Assembly (NCBI GenBank): GCA_963815095.1
Contig: CAWFFH010000003.1
Span: forward strand, 480,001-544,000
From: Candidatus Bathyarchaeota archaeon
GTDB taxonomy: Archaea > Thermoproteota > Bathyarchaeia > Bathyarchaeales > Bathycorpusculaceae
DNA length: 64,000 nt
Direction of reading: 5' to 3'
Position numbers and translations under genes: made by a program
Shown: positions 20,208 to 30,645 of the stretch, piece after piece
How positions within the stretch are numbered: position 1 is the stretch's first letter
How the letters are laid out: every line of letters starts with the position of its first letter
Notes under the pieces: generated by a model
Databases searched by the model: none
Told to the model about the DNA's origin: nothing
What the model saw: the letters and a program-made list of their open reading frames with translations, nothing else

Positions 20208-21596
20208 ATGGAGCAGTTTGATGTAATCGTCATCGGGTCGGGTTCAGGAATGCTCATTGTATCTGCAGCTGTTGACCAAGGTTTCAAGGTGGCGTTAGTT
20301 GAAGGAGGAAAGATGGGTGGTACCTGCATAAACGTGGGATGTGTCCCTTCGAAGATGCTTATTTACCCCGCAGACATCCTTGCCACCATCAAAGACACAG
20401 AAAAACTCGGCATCAATACAACAGTCAACTCGATTGACTTCAACAACATCATTACTAGAATGCACAGCCTTGTTAACCATGACTCGGGGCAACAAGCAGC
20501 AGCTGTTGAAGCCACTCCAGAGCTGAAGTGGTTTAAACAAAAAGGTGAATTCATCTCAGACTACACAATGCAAGCAGGCACCCAAATCATTTCAGGGAGA
20601 CTTATTTTCATAGCTTCAGGCGCACAGACAGCAATTCCGAATGTTAAGGGTTTAGAAAACGCAGGGTACCTAACAAGCGACACTGTTCTGGAGTTGCAAA
20701 CGCTGCCCAAAAGCATCATAATTATTGGGGGAGGGTACATAGGCATGGAGTACGGACACTTTTTCTCAGCCCTTGGCACAAAAACCACCATAATCCAGCG
20801 ACCCCTCCGTCTGCTTCCTGAGGAGGAACCAGAAATCTCCGACTTACTAAAAACCGAAATAGAAAAGCGCATGGAAATCAACTTTGGCTATGAAGCTCTC
20901 GAAGTAAGGCAAGAAGGCGACGTAAAAATAATTGCTGCCAAAAACCGCCAAGACGGCAGCATCAAAGAGTTCTCTGCCGAAGCCTTGATGGTTGCCACAG
21001 GTAGAGTTTCAAACGCTCATGCCCTCAAACTTGAAAAGACAGGTGTAAATCTTGACGAGCGTGGCTTCATAAAAGTAGACGATTACCTTGAAACCAGCAA
21101 AAAGAACATTTACGCGTTCGGCGATGCCATAGGCAAACAAATGTTTAAGCATGTAGCCAATTATGAGGCAGGTATAGCTTGGCATAATTCCAACCATGAC
21201 CTCAAGGTTAAGATGAATTTTACAGCAGCGCCGCACGCGGTCTTTACACATCCACAGATTGCTTCGGTGGGTTTAAAGGAAGAGGAAGCTAAGGCAAAAT
21301 ACAAGATTTTGGTTGGAACTGGGTTATACAAGGATACGGCAATGGGTGCAGCGTTAGGGTTCCCGGAAGGCTTTGTGAAAGTCATCGTTGAGCAGGAAAC
21401 AGGCAAAATCCTTGGCGCTCACATTATCGGTCCTGAAGCATCTATTCTTATCCAAGAAATCACAAATGCCATGGTTACAGAAAAAGGCGACTTCGGACCA
21501 ATCGCAAGAGGCATGCACATTCATCCAGCTCTCAATGAAGTAGTTCAGAACGCTTTCGGCAATCTTCACGAACACGACCACGAACATGAACACTAA
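20208..21596 (+). CDS. pyridine nucleotide-disulfide oxidoreductase (dihydrolipoamide dehydrogenase / mycothione reductase-like)
   Basis: GSGSG, GGTCINVGCVPSK, GGGYIG, HP-x3-E, His-rich tail. Confidence 0.9.
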   Translation: MEQFDVIVIGSGSGMLIVSAAVDQGFKVALVEGGKMGGTCINVGCVPSKMLIYPADILATIKDTEKLGINTTVNSIDFNNIITRMHSLVNHDSGQQAAAVEATPELKWFKQKGEFISDYTMQAGTQIISGRLIFIASGAQTAIPNVKGLENAGYLTSDTVLELQTLPKSIIIIGGGYIGMEYGHFFSALGTKTTIIQRPLRLLPEEEPEISDLLKTEIEKRMEINFGYEALEVRQEGDVKIIAAKNRQDGSIKEFSAEALMVATGRVSNAHALKLEKTGVNLDERGFIKVDDYLETSKKNIYAFGDAIGKQMFKHVANYEAGIAWHNSNHDLKVKMNFTAAPHAVFTHPQIASVGLKEEEAKAKYKILVGTGLYKDTAMGAALGFPEGFVKVIVEQETGKILGAHIIGPEASILIQEITNAMVTEKGDFGPIARGMHIHPALNEVVQNAFGNLHEHDHEHEH

Positions 21597-21658
21597 AATT
21601 CAACTAATCTAAACAGTTATATTCGGCTTAAACCCAATTTTATTGGTGAGATTTTAGT

Positions 21659-21943
21659 ATGCAATTCTCCAAAATTTCTGGTAAAAAAAATAACCACAAA
21701 GTTGCCCTCTACGCTTTAAGCACTTGTGTTTGGTGCAAAATGACAAAGCAATACTTAAACGAAAACGGCGTTGAATATGAATTCGTTGATGTTGATTTAC
21801 TTGACGACAACGACAAAAGTAGAGTACACACAACAATCATCAGTAAAGGTGGAGTATTGAGTTACCCCACTATAATTGTTGATGACAAAACTGTAATTAC
21901 TGGTTTCCGTAAGGACCAGCTCAAAGAGGCACTGGGTCTTTGA
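21659..21943 (+). CDS. glutaredoxin (NrdH-like)
   Basis: CVWC, YPTI, GF motif. Confidence 0.9.
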   Translation: MQFSKISGKKNNHKVALYALSTCVWCKMTKQYLNENGVEYEFVDVDLLDDNDKSRVHTTIISKGGVLSYPTIIVDDKTVITGFRKDQLKEALGL

Positions 21944-22500
21944 CCACAATAGAGCAGACTCGCAAAAGAGCCGAAGCAGACGCGAAAACATACGGCTACT
22001 TCCTTACGCCTCAAACTGACCTTCTGCAAATGTTCCTCGAAGGATTAAAGGTAAACGAGGACCGTTACGGTTATCCCTCATGCCCCTGCAGACTAGCCAC
22101 AGGTAACTTTGAAATCGATCGAGACATCATTTGTCCTTGCGACTACCGAGACCCTGATGTCTCAGAATTCGGCGCATGCTACTGTCGACTATACGTTAAC
22201 AAAGCAGTCTATGAAAGCCAAAACCTACCCGATGTCCCTGAACGCCGGCCACTTGAAAAGCAGGGAAGAGCATACGGAATTCCTAGCATTACTCAACAAG
22301 CAACTTCAGAGGCACAAAAAAACCCTACCATACCAGCTACCCCACAACAACAGAAACCAGAAATAAAAAAGAAGTTATGGTACTGTAAGCAATGCGGCTA
22401 TGTGGTTTATCGTGAGGATCCACCGTACGTTTGCCCAATATGCAAAGCTAAAAAGGAATTTTTCGCCGAAATAGAAACAAAAGTGGATTTCAAAGGATAA
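21940..22500 (+). CDS. ferredoxin:thioredoxin/disulfide reductase catalytic subunit fused to a rubredoxin-like domain
   Basis: CPC, CPC, CYC motifs; C-terminal CKQC/CPIC. Confidence 0.9.
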   Translation: MTTIEQTRKRAEADAKTYGYFLTPQTDLLQMFLEGLKVNEDRYGYPSCPCRLATGNFEIDRDIICPCDYRDPDVSEFGACYCRLYVNKAVYESQNLPDVPERRPLEKQGRAYGIPSITQQATSEAQKNPTIPATPQQQKPEIKKKLWYCKQCGYVVYREDPPYVCPICKAKKEFFAEIETKVDFKG

Positions 22501-22503
22501 AAA

Positions 22504-22653
22504 TTATTTTTGGATTTCTATCTCGATTTTTTTCCAATCCCCTTTTATGCCCTTCAATGAACCGACAGCACCAGTTATAGTTCCATTCATTATTTTTTCA
22601 ACAAACTCGTTTAGAGGAATGTCTTTTCCGTCAACTTTCAGTTTTAAACTCAA
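22504..22653 (-). CDS. 49-aa small protein resembling the C-terminal domain of archaeal MobB
   Basis: AGGTGA Shine-Dalgarno; MSLKLKVDGKDIPLNEFVEKIMNGTITGAVGSLKGIKGDWKKIEIEIQK*. Confidence 0.65.
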   Translation of the reverse strand: MSLKLKVDGKDIPLNEFVEKIMNGTITGAVGSLKGIKGDWKKIEIEIQK

Positions 22654-22899
22654 GCGTTATCACCTGAAGTATTGTTTAAACCTGTGTTGGTGTAAAAAGG
22701 TTTGTGTTGGCCGCGTTTTAGCTGTTGTAAGTTCAATAATTTTTTTCTATTTCCTTTTTGACAGAGTTCAATGAGTGAAGTCTAAAAGTAGAACCTGCTG
22801 CGAAAGTTGAGATTAACAATGGAATTAGGTCCGATAAAAGTTAAGAATTAATAAACGAATAATAAAATTAATCAGTCGTAGACTACAAAAATTGGATAA

Positions 22900-23490
22900 T
22901 TAAGTTCTTGACCCAGCGGGTTTCACTGTAACTCTTAGCTTAGTCAAGTTCTCTTTTATCTCAGCTTTAACGCCCATCGCAGTAAAGTATTCCTCTAGAA
23001 AAATGCGAATGAAATCCTTAGAAACCTCCGAAACCAACACCAGGGTGTAGTCATTTGGAGCGTTCTTGGTTAAGCGATAAAAGTTGCATACCTCAAGCCT
23101 ATATAACATTTCTTCTGGCGAATGAACTTTGGTTTTTAGCTGCTCCCAATGGGCACGGGCCACCTCTTTGTGCTCCTTCCAGAACGTTTCTTTCTCAGGT
23201 GAGGAAGCTATGAGGCGTAGGAACATGAGCCAATGGTCAACGTCTAAGATTATATGTTCGCCTGTTAGAAGCATATCTATGTAAGCGAGGATTTTTTTCT
23301 TTGTGACTGGATCTTCGAGTACTTTGTTTTCGTGATAGAATTTTAATGCGCGGCGCATTATTTCGCTTTGCGAGACTTGGGCGTCGGTGCTTATTTTTTC
23401 AAGCAGGTCGGCTGTGGTTTTGTCAAAGGCTACTGTTATTCTTGTTGGGTTTACCATGTTCCCACTTAAGTTTAATTTACACATTTTCAA
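22900..23490 (-). CDS. CopG/RHH family transcription regulator with C-terminal domain
   Basis: RITVAFD...SQSEIMRRAL. Confidence 0.75.
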   Translation of the reverse strand: MKMCKLNLSGNMVNPTRITVAFDKTTADLLEKISTDAQVSQSEIMRRALKFYHENKVLEDPVTKKKILAYIDMLLTGEHIILDVDHWLMFLRLIASSPEKETFWKEHKEVARAHWEQLKTKVHSPEEMLYRLEVCNFYRLTKNAPNDYTLVLVSEVSKDFIRIFLEEYFTAMGVKAEIKENLTKLRVTVKPAGSRT

Positions 23491-23653
23491 ATAGCGGAAA
23501 TTATATAAACATTATGTATAGAATAATTGTTTTTAGATTTGCATATTTAGTGTACAACAACATATTTTTAAACAATTGTCCAGTATACAAAAGCATCTCC
23601 CAAACAAATTCAAAACTCTTTTATCCATTACTAATCAATAATTATCAGGTGCC

Positions 23654-24328
23654 TTGGAGAATAAAAACTTGAAAACACCAGAAATATTCCTCGAACCTAA
23701 ACAAAGAACAGAAAAAATAATCACATTACTCGAAAAACAATACCCAAACGCTAAAACGGCCCTAAACTACACCAACCCACTGGAAATTCTCATCGCCACC
23801 ATACTCTCAGCACAAACAACTGACGTAACAGTCAACATAGTAACCCAAAAATTATTCAAAAAATACCACAAACCCGAAGACTACGCAAACGCAGACATAA
23901 AAGAACTTGAACAAGACATCCACTCAACCGGATTCTATCACAACAAAGCCAAAAATATCCAAAAATGTTGCCAACTCCTCGTGGAAAAATTCCACTCCCA
24001 AGTTCCCAAGTCAATGGAGGAACTCATAGAGCTTCCGGGTGTTGCCCGGAAAACAGCCAACATCGTCCTCTACAACGCTTACGGCACGACAGCTGGCATC
24101 GCTGTAGATACCCATGTAACAAGGCTCTCGCAAAGACTCGGGCTGACACAACAAAAAGACCAAAATAAGATAGAACACGATTTAATGCAGATTACACCCA
24201 AGGAGAAGTGGATGCCACTAACAGACTTGCTGATTTTTCACGGGAGGCAAGTATGTATGGCAAGAAAACCAAAATGTGAAATATGTGTGCTAAACAAAAT
24301 TTGCCCTTCAGCATTTACTTTCGGCTAG
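23654..24328 (+). CDS. nth: endonuclease III
   Basis: LSAQTTD, LPGVARKTAN, VDTH, C-x6-C-x2-C-x5-C. Confidence 0.96.
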   Translation: MENKNLKTPEIFLEPKQRTEKIITLLEKQYPNAKTALNYTNPLEILIATILSAQTTDVTVNIVTQKLFKKYHKPEDYANADIKELEQDIHSTGFYHNKAKNIQKCCQLLVEKFHSQVPKSMEELIELPGVARKTANIVLYNAYGTTAGIAVDTHVTRLSQRLGLTQQKDQNKIEHDLMQITPKEKWMPLTDLLIFHGRQVCMARKPKCEICVLNKICPSAFTFG

Positions 24329-24368
24329 GCATTAGCCATTTATACAAGCATTATCTTCTCTTTTTGTA

Positions 24369-24863
24369 GTGAGGTTTGATTCTATGATAAACCAAATTAA
24401 AGTCGGAGAATATGCACCTGATTTCACGTTGCCCGACGTAGACAAGAAACCCAGAAGTCTAAAGGAATTTTTAGGTAAAAAAGTTGTATTAGCCTTTTTT
24501 GTGGGCGCTTTCACTTCAACATGCACCAAGGAAGTTTGTACTTTCCGCGATTCTATGGCCCGACTTGTAGATTTAAACGCCCAAGTCGTTGGCGTAGCAG
24601 TTACCGACCCTTTCTCAAATAAAGCTTTTTCAGAAAAAAACAGGCTGCCCTTCCCCGTGTTAAGCGACTACAACCGCCAAGTCATCAAACAATGGGGACT
24701 AGAACTGCCAGATTTTGCTGGACTAAAAGGGTACACAGTTGCCAAACGTTCAATCTTTATCCTTGATGAGACAGGTACAGTGCGGTTTGTTTGGATTTCA
24801 GAAGACCCATCGGTTGAACCAAACTATGAGGAAATACAGAAAGTCCTCGAACAAATTCCGTAG
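24369..24863 (+). CDS. peroxiredoxin (Bcp/PrxQ-like)
   Basis: [18 protein letters not shown]. Confidence 0.9.
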   Translation: MRFDSMINQIKVGEYAPDFTLPDVDKKPRSLKEFLGKKVVLAFFVGAFTSTCTKEVCTFRDSMARLVDLNAQVVGVAVTDPFSNKAFSEKNRLPFPVLSDYNRQVIKQWGLELPDFAGLKGYTVAKRSIFILDETGTVRFVWISEDPSVEPNYEEIQKVLEQIP

Positions 24864-25110
24864 AAAGAAGGTTACTTTTTGTAACAAATTGTCTATTCTT
24901 TGACTCCGCTCGGGTTTAGCGTCTTCACAAAAAGGTAACATCTTCTTTAAAGAATATTGAGGTTTAATTGGTGGATGTATTGTGTCCTTTGAAATCCAAG
25001 AGTTACCCGTTGTTATCAGGGTCATTGTTTCATTGAATTTAAGCAAAGGCACTGAAAGTAACGCTTACTGAAACTACAGTTATCGTGGTAATAACAACTT
25101 ACTTTCACTG

Positions 25111-25548
25111 TTACTTAGAGACATTAGCTAGACGCCGGTGCTCAACCATCAAACACCTATCCATAACTACAACCAACCCCATCCGCCTTCCAGCTTCTGC
25201 CGCCTGCTCATTAACTATACCAATCTGCATCCAAACATCAAAAGGCCTGCCGAATTTGGCTTTGAGCTGGATAGCCTGCTCAATGATAGCATCAACATCC
25301 ACAGGTTTTCTGAAAATGTCTATCACATCGATGTTTTTCTGGATTTCCTCGGGAATTTCAAGAAGACTTCTGTAGCTTTTTTCACCCAAAACCTCGTCGA
25401 TAAAGGGGTTAACGGGAATAATTCGGTAGCCATGCTGTTGTAGGTAAACGCTTACTTTATAACTGTCTTTTTGGGGCTCTCTGGATAACCCAACAACTGC
25501 TATGGTTTTGGCTTTTTCCAATATATTTTTTATTTGTTCTTCGCTCAA
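25111..25548 (-). CDS. CoA-binding protein (YccU-like)
   Basis: IAVVGLS, PVNP, WMQIG, DRC. Confidence 0.9.
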   Translation of the reverse strand: MSEEQIKNILEKAKTIAVVGLSREPQKDSYKVSVYLQQHGYRIIPVNPFIDEVLGEKSYRSLLEIPEEIQKNIDVIDIFRKPVDVDAIIEQAIQLKAKFGRPFDVWMQIGIVNEQAAEAGRRMGLVVVMDRCLMVEHRRLANVSK

Positions 25549-25769
25549 ACCGAAATTCTCCTGCGAAAATAGTTCTATGGGGTTTCAAGGAGTCTTAACT
25601 CAAAGAAGTTTTCCTTGTCATGACGTGTGAACAAGTTTTATAGTGCTTATGTTGACTACGCTTTTGCTTACTTTTTCTATGATGGCGTAGACAACGTTCT
25701 TATCATAACAAAAAAAGTGTTTCCGCAAAAACCAATTTAACGCCGTTTTTAATAAATCTTAATTGCTGC

Positions 25770-26159
25770 CTATTCTCGGCAAAACAAACATTTTTCTGCC
25801 CATGCTTGGGGCATTTCTTTTTGGCAGTGGCTGCACATTAACCCTTTTTCTCTAATGGTTTGGCAAGTTTGGCAGAATAGTTTGAGGAATTCTGTTTTGT
25901 TTTCGGGTTGTTTTACAATGTGGGTAACCATTTGGTCAATTAACGCTAATATTTCGGGGGTGGTTTCGATGTTTAAGAGGTTGCCTCTTTCGCGTCCGAC
26001 GTACCTGCTGACAGCAGATTGGGATAAGCCAAGGAGGTCTGCGGTTTGTTTTTCGTTTAAGCCGTGTTTTTCCACAATGGATCTTGCCATGACGGCTTTT
26101 ACTGCAGGTAGAACTGTTTTTACGCCCACTTCGCATGGTAGTATCAAATTTCGCACCAA
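25770..26159 (-). CDS. HTH transcription regulator with Cys-rich C-terminus
   Basis: PCE, ADLLGLSQSAVSRY, CQTC. Confidence 0.8.
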   Translation of the reverse strand: MVRNLILPCEVGVKTVLPAVKAVMARSIVEKHGLNEKQTADLLGLSQSAVSRYVGRERGNLLNIETTPEILALIDQMVTHIVKQPENKTEFLKLFCQTCQTIREKGLMCSHCQKEMPQAWAEKCLFCRE

Positions 26160-26201
26160 TTACTGTTATTTCTAGGGGAAACTTATTTAAATATGTCGCC
26201 T

Positions 26202-26216
26202 GTCATAAATTATGAC
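26202..26216. promoter_or_regulatory. palindromic operator candidate between divergent regulator genes
   Basis: GTCATAA-A-TTATGAC perfect inverted repeat. Confidence 0.45.
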
Positions 26217-26218
26217 GC

Positions 26219-27259
26219 GTGTCAAGACGGATAGCAGACAAAAAACAGTTCTACACCAACCGCAAACTAAACTCGCCTGTCTTCTCACACGCCAACAAAG
26301 GAGGAAAAAAGCAAATGGATAATGTCCTTCAATCAACCCGAAACAGCGAAAACCGCGACTTATCATCAATGTTAAAAACACTAAACGCTGAATGCAGAAA
26401 TTGCGCACCAACATCACCCTTAGAATGCGTAACTCGCTGTCAAGTCTACAAGCTAAAAAATGAACTAAGAAAATTAAGCGAAACTATGGACAATCCCAAC
26501 TACATAAAAGAGTTATTCAATGTACTAAAAAACGAAACACGACTTCACATCCTAAAATCAATTGTTAACGGCAGGTACTCAGTAAGCCAACTCCAGCAAG
26601 AACTAAAGAAAACTGGGCACTCACATAGCCAAGACACTATAAACGAAGAATACCTTCAACCCTTAATGGCAGTTGGATTAGCAACCGAATCACGAGACGA
26701 ATACTACGCAACCACGTTTGGAGGGCGATTAACGAACTTGATTGGAGCCTTCCCCGAGTTTGCAGAAATGCTACCAGCACACTCCGAGTGCTACGAGGAA
26801 TCACTTCTGCGTGCATTGCTGACAGGCCCTAAAACCTTTGAAGAAATTGAAAGTTTAATTTCGTCAAAGATAGCATCGCGAATCCTCAAACGATTACGCT
26901 CCGTGGGATTAATAGAAACCCCAGAAGAGCGAGACTACATATTCTTCTTTAAATCCAAACGTGACCCAAGCAAAGAAAACTTCACAGAAACCGAACACAA
27001 AGTCTACGAAACACTACCAAACGAAGGAATCTCTGCGGGAAAACTCGCCAAAGAAACAGGACTCTCAATGAGGAGAACCTACAAGTACCTTCGAGGGTTA
27101 AAAGGTAAAAAACTCGTGTTCATCAGAAGAACCCCAAAAGCCTATGGCTTAACCAACAAAGGCGAAATGTTAGCCACGCTACTACAGGATCTCCAGCAAA
27201 TTGTCGACGAAACCTGGACCTCTTCACAACAAGTAATAGGCAGCGCAGATAACGCTTAG
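26219..27259 (+). CDS. multi-winged-helix (ArsR-like) DNA-binding protein with Cys motif
   Basis: CRNC..C..C, LKNETRLHIL, tandem wHTH; true start probably the internal MDNV. Confidence 0.7.
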   Translation: MSRRIADKKQFYTNRKLNSPVFSHANKGGKKQMDNVLQSTRNSENRDLSSMLKTLNAECRNCAPTSPLECVTRCQVYKLKNELRKLSETMDNPNYIKELFNVLKNETRLHILKSIVNGRYSVSQLQQELKKTGHSHSQDTINEEYLQPLMAVGLATESRDEYYATTFGGRLTNLIGAFPEFAEMLPAHSECYEESLLRALLTGPKTFEEIESLISSKIASRILKRLRSVGLIETPEERDYIFFFKSKRDPSKENFTETEHKVYETLPNEGISAGKLAKETGLSMRRTYKYLRGLKGKKLVFIRRTPKAYGLTNKGEMLATLLQDLQQIVDETWTSSQQVIGSADNA

Positions 27260-27291
27260 CAAGCCCTAAACGCATTTTCTTTTTTTTTGTT

Positions 27292-27780
27292 TTATCCGCC
27301 GCCAGGAGCGCCGTGGAACGGAACGTTTTCCCAGAGCATCTTCCACCAATCAGCCTCTGTTATGGTTTCGCCATGAACAATTATTTCTAAAACCATCTTC
27401 AACATGGCATGGTGACGAACCTCGTCTTCCAATATGGCTTTTAAAAGAAAAACTACCTTTTCGTTTTCTATTTTCGGTATTTTTTCTTGGAGTACTTTGA
27501 TCAGTTTTGATTCAATCTCTATGTGTTTTTTGATAAGTTCTCTTTGTTCATCAAGATTGCCTTGATTTAAGGCAGTAGAAGCCTGAGTCAACAAGGTAAG
27601 GGCTGCAGAATAAAGCTCCGCATGCTTCACTGAATCCAAAGAAACACCCTTCAAGACCCCTTTTACAGCTGGATTCTTCATCCCTACGAGCGCTTTCTCA
27701 AGGGAAGTCACGATTTCATTTTCCACTGTAACCTGGTTCTTCAAAAAATCAAGCAGATCATTATCTTTCTTTTTTTCCAT
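27292..27780 (-). CDS. ferritin-like (rubrerythrin-fold) protein
   Basis: DSVKHA and DEVRHH helices. Confidence 0.75.
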   Translation of the reverse strand: MEKKKDNDLLDFLKNQVTVENEIVTSLEKALVGMKNPAVKGVLKGVSLDSVKHAELYSAALTLLTQASTALNQGNLDEQRELIKKHIEIESKLIKVLQEKIPKIENEKVVFLLKAILEDEVRHHAMLKMVLEIIVHGETITEADWWKMLWENVPFHGAPGGG

Positions 27781-27804
27781 AAAATTTTCGCCTAATATTT
27801 ATTG

Positions 27805-28269
27805 CTAAGCCTTATTCATCAAGCTTTCGGAAACTCTTTTTCCAAGGTCCTTGCACGCATTGAGGACAGTTGAGTCAGGCAGATACTTTGCAAGTAAAGG
27901 TTGTTCAACCACTTGCATCTCAAACTTGAACTTCATAATCTCCAAGATAAGTTTTGGTGCCTCTCCACTCCAACCGTAAGAACCAAATGCTGCGCCCATT
28001 TTACCCTTCAAACTTATACCTGCCACGGCAGCTTGCTCGAAAAGATTCTTGAATTCAACAGGCATATCATGGTGGTAGGTTGGTGCCCCGACAAGTATAG
28101 CATCATAAGAACTGAGGTTTTCAGCATCCACATGATAGTTTAATTCTACTTCAACGGTACCATTTCTTTGTGCGCCTTCAGCCACGGCGTTTGCCATTCT
28201 TTCCGTGTTCCCAGTTCGGCTATAATATAAAACAAGTACTTTCTTCATAATCAAAATAAAAGCTAACAA
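27805..28269 (-). CDS. flavodoxin
   Basis: YSRTGNT, GAPTY, FGSYGWSG. Confidence 0.9.
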   Translation of the reverse strand: MLAFILIMKKVLVLYYSRTGNTERMANAVAEGAQRNGTVEVELNYHVDAENLSSYDAILVGAPTYHHDMPVEFKNLFEQAAVAGISLKGKMGAAFGSYGWSGEAPKLILEIMKFKFEMQVVEQPLLAKYLPDSTVLNACKDLGKRVSESLMNKA

Positions 28270-28367
28270 GTTATTTCAATATTTTGAATATTTGATTCGG
28301 ATGAAGTTACAAATGAAGAGTGAAATTATCGTGTTTTATCGTACCGACGGGTTTTTGGACTTTGGCC

Positions 28368-28529
28368 TTAACTTGGTTTCCCTTTAGTTTCAGTTGCCTT
28401 GTTTTTCCTGCTTTCGCCCCCCTTCCTGCCAATTTCACTGTAGAACCCTTCGTTATGGGTTGCAGAAGTCTTCAATCCACCTTTGCGACCTGCCTCTTCA
28501 ACTGTCATTTTACCTTTCTTTTCTTCCAA
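28368..28529 (-). CDS. second KGG-repeat stress protein (53 aa, not in ORF track)
   Basis: GAGGTGA Shine-Dalgarno; MEEKKGKMTVEEAGRKGGLKTSATHNEGFYSEIGRKGGESRKNKATETKGKPS*. Confidence 0.8.
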   Translation of the reverse strand: MEEKKGKMTVEEAGRKGGLKTSATHNEGFYSEIGRKGGESRKNKATETKGKPS

Positions 28530-28613
28530 AAAAATCACCTCATCTTAAAAAATGAATAAATCTAGGAGACGGGAAAGAATAAGCCTCAATAATAAAATAT
28601 CTTAAGAACCTGC

Positions 28614-28940
28614 TTATTCTTCCTCGTGTTCCTTTCCTGCCTGAATCAATCGTCGGACTCTCTGTCCACCTCTATGACCGGCTTCTTCAAGGCTTGTTTT
28701 GCCTGCCGCCTCCGCGGAACCTTCATGTTGCTTGGCGCGTTCAGAGCCTCCTTTGCTGCCTATTTCGCTGTAGAATTCTGGACCTCGTTCTTGAGAAACT
28801 TTTTCGCCGCCTTTGCGTCCGATTTCTTCATAGAATTCTCGTCCATGAGTTGAAGCGGTTTTTTCTCCACCTTTCCTGCCAGCTTCAGCAACGGTCATTT
28901 TACCTTTTCGTTCTTCCGTTCGTGTACTCAAAAAATTCAC
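28614..28940 (-). CDS. KGG-repeat (GsiB/Em-LEA-like) general stress protein
   Basis: Repeated EIGRKGG / EAGRKGG. Confidence 0.9.
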   Translation of the reverse strand: MNFLSTRTEERKGKMTVAEAGRKGGEKTASTHGREFYEEIGRKGGEKVSQERGPEFYSEIGSKGGSERAKQHEGSAEAAGKTSLEEAGHRGGQRVRRLIQAGKEHEEE

Positions 28941-29169
28941 CTCCTACTTTGCTGCGCTAAAAGTTAACAAGAATTAGAGCCGAACAACCGCTCATAAACT
29001 TATGTTGTTGTAGCTAAGCAGTAACATGCCAGCTAAGCACCAAAAAAATGGGTCAATATTGATAATTAAACATAAATCAGTTAAAGATGTTATAGCTAAA
29101 CGTTAACTGTCATCATAAATTAATTTAAATATCTCCAACAGGCAACTAAATAATCACCAGGTACACCCA

Positions 29170-30645
29170 ATGAAAGTGCTTCTTATCAATCCGCCGCAGA
29201 CATTTTATCCAGGCTCAGAACAACCTGCGGGCAACTTACCTATAGGCTTGATGTACATAGCCGCGGTGCTCCAGAAATCTGATTACAAAGTTGAAATTTT
29301 GGATACTTTCATGGCGGCTACATTCCAAAAAAACGGTGATACCATAAGCGTTGGTATGCCTTTTGAGCAGATAAAGCAGGAAATAAACTCAAAAAAACCA
29401 GATATTGTGGGCATATCGGGACCATTCACTTGCCAAATAGAAAACTCTGTCAAAGTAAGCAACTTAGCCAAAGAGATTAACCCAGACATTTGGACGGTTA
29501 TTGGTGGTCCTCACGTTACTTTAGTTCCGAGGGAGTTTTTGGAAGAAGCAAAAAATGTTGATATCGCAGTTATGGGCGAAGGAGAATACGCGATGCTTGA
29601 CATTGCCCAAGCGTTTGAAGGCAAAAAACAGCTAAGTGAAGTCAAAGGCATAGCTTATCGCCAAAATGGCGAGGTAGTCGTTAATCAACAGAGACCGTTC
29701 ATTGAGAATCTAGATGAGTTGCCTTACCCAGCTTATGACCTGGTTAATATGGAGCAGTATCTTAACCCCAAAAATATTGGATACCGTAGTTTCCAAGACC
29801 GCGCCATATCCATGATTACAAGCCGAGGCTGCCCGTTTAACTGCTGCTTCTGCGCAGTCCACTTGCATATGGGGCAAAAATTCAGAGCGCACTCAGCCGA
29901 ATACGTATTAAATCACATTCAATATGTCGTGAACAAGTTTAAGGTTAAAAACATCTTTTTTGAAGACGACAACTTAACATTGGATATTAAACGGTTTGAA
30001 GCAATCTGTGACGGAATAATTGAGCGAAAGATAAAGATTGGCTGGGAAACCCCCAACGGTGTTCGCGCAGACTGCCTAAATTTGGAACTGCTAAAGAAAA
30101 TGAAGCGATCTGGAGCTAACAGCATCTTTGTCGGCGTGGAATCAGGCGACCAACAAATCCTCGACAACGTCATCTGCAAAAGCCTCGACTTAAACCGCGT
30201 AGTTGAATTCGCCAAAGATGCCAAGGAAATTGGGTTAAAAACGGGCGCCTTCTACATCATCGGTTTTCCGGGAGAAACCAAAGAGAATATGCAACGAACT
30301 GTCAATTTCGCGTTGGAGCTTAAGCGCAAGTACGACGTGGGCATGCACCTGTTTGCTGCAACGCCGTCTTATGGTACGCGCTTGTATGAAGAATGCAAAG
30401 CTAAAGGCTACTTGCCAGAAGATCTTTCATGGAACAGCTTCGCCCAGGCACGACAAGCCAAAGGCATGCCCCTGATAACCACTAACGAGTTTACGCCAGC
30501 AGAAGTCAAGGAAATAGCAGCCAAGGCTTTGGCTGAGTATAAGAAATTATCGCTGTTGGGTCACATCAAGGACCCTGGGAAAACGCTTAAAACAGCGTTT
30601 AGACAGCCGCAACTCATTCTAAAATATATTAAAAATCTGTTTTAA
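29170..30645 (+). CDS. B12-binding-domain radical SAM protein
   Basis: GGPH, GEGE, TSRGCPFNCCFC, DDN, GVESG. Confidence 0.92.
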   Translation: MKVLLINPPQTFYPGSEQPAGNLPIGLMYIAAVLQKSDYKVEILDTFMAATFQKNGDTISVGMPFEQIKQEINSKKPDIVGISGPFTCQIENSVKVSNLAKEINPDIWTVIGGPHVTLVPREFLEEAKNVDIAVMGEGEYAMLDIAQAFEGKKQLSEVKGIAYRQNGEVVVNQQRPFIENLDELPYPAYDLVNMEQYLNPKNIGYRSFQDRAISMITSRGCPFNCCFCAVHLHMGQKFRAHSAEYVLNHIQYVVNKFKVKNIFFEDDNLTLDIKRFEAICDGIIERKIKIGWETPNGVRADCLNLELLKKMKRSGANSIFVGVESGDQQILDNVICKSLDLNRVVEFAKDAKEIGLKTGAFYIIGFPGETKENMQRTVNFALELKRKYDVGMHLFAATPSYGTRLYEECKAKGYLPEDLSWNSFAQARQAKGMPLITTNEFTPAEVKEIAAKALAEYKKLSLLGHIKDPGKTLKTAFRQPQLILKYIKNLF

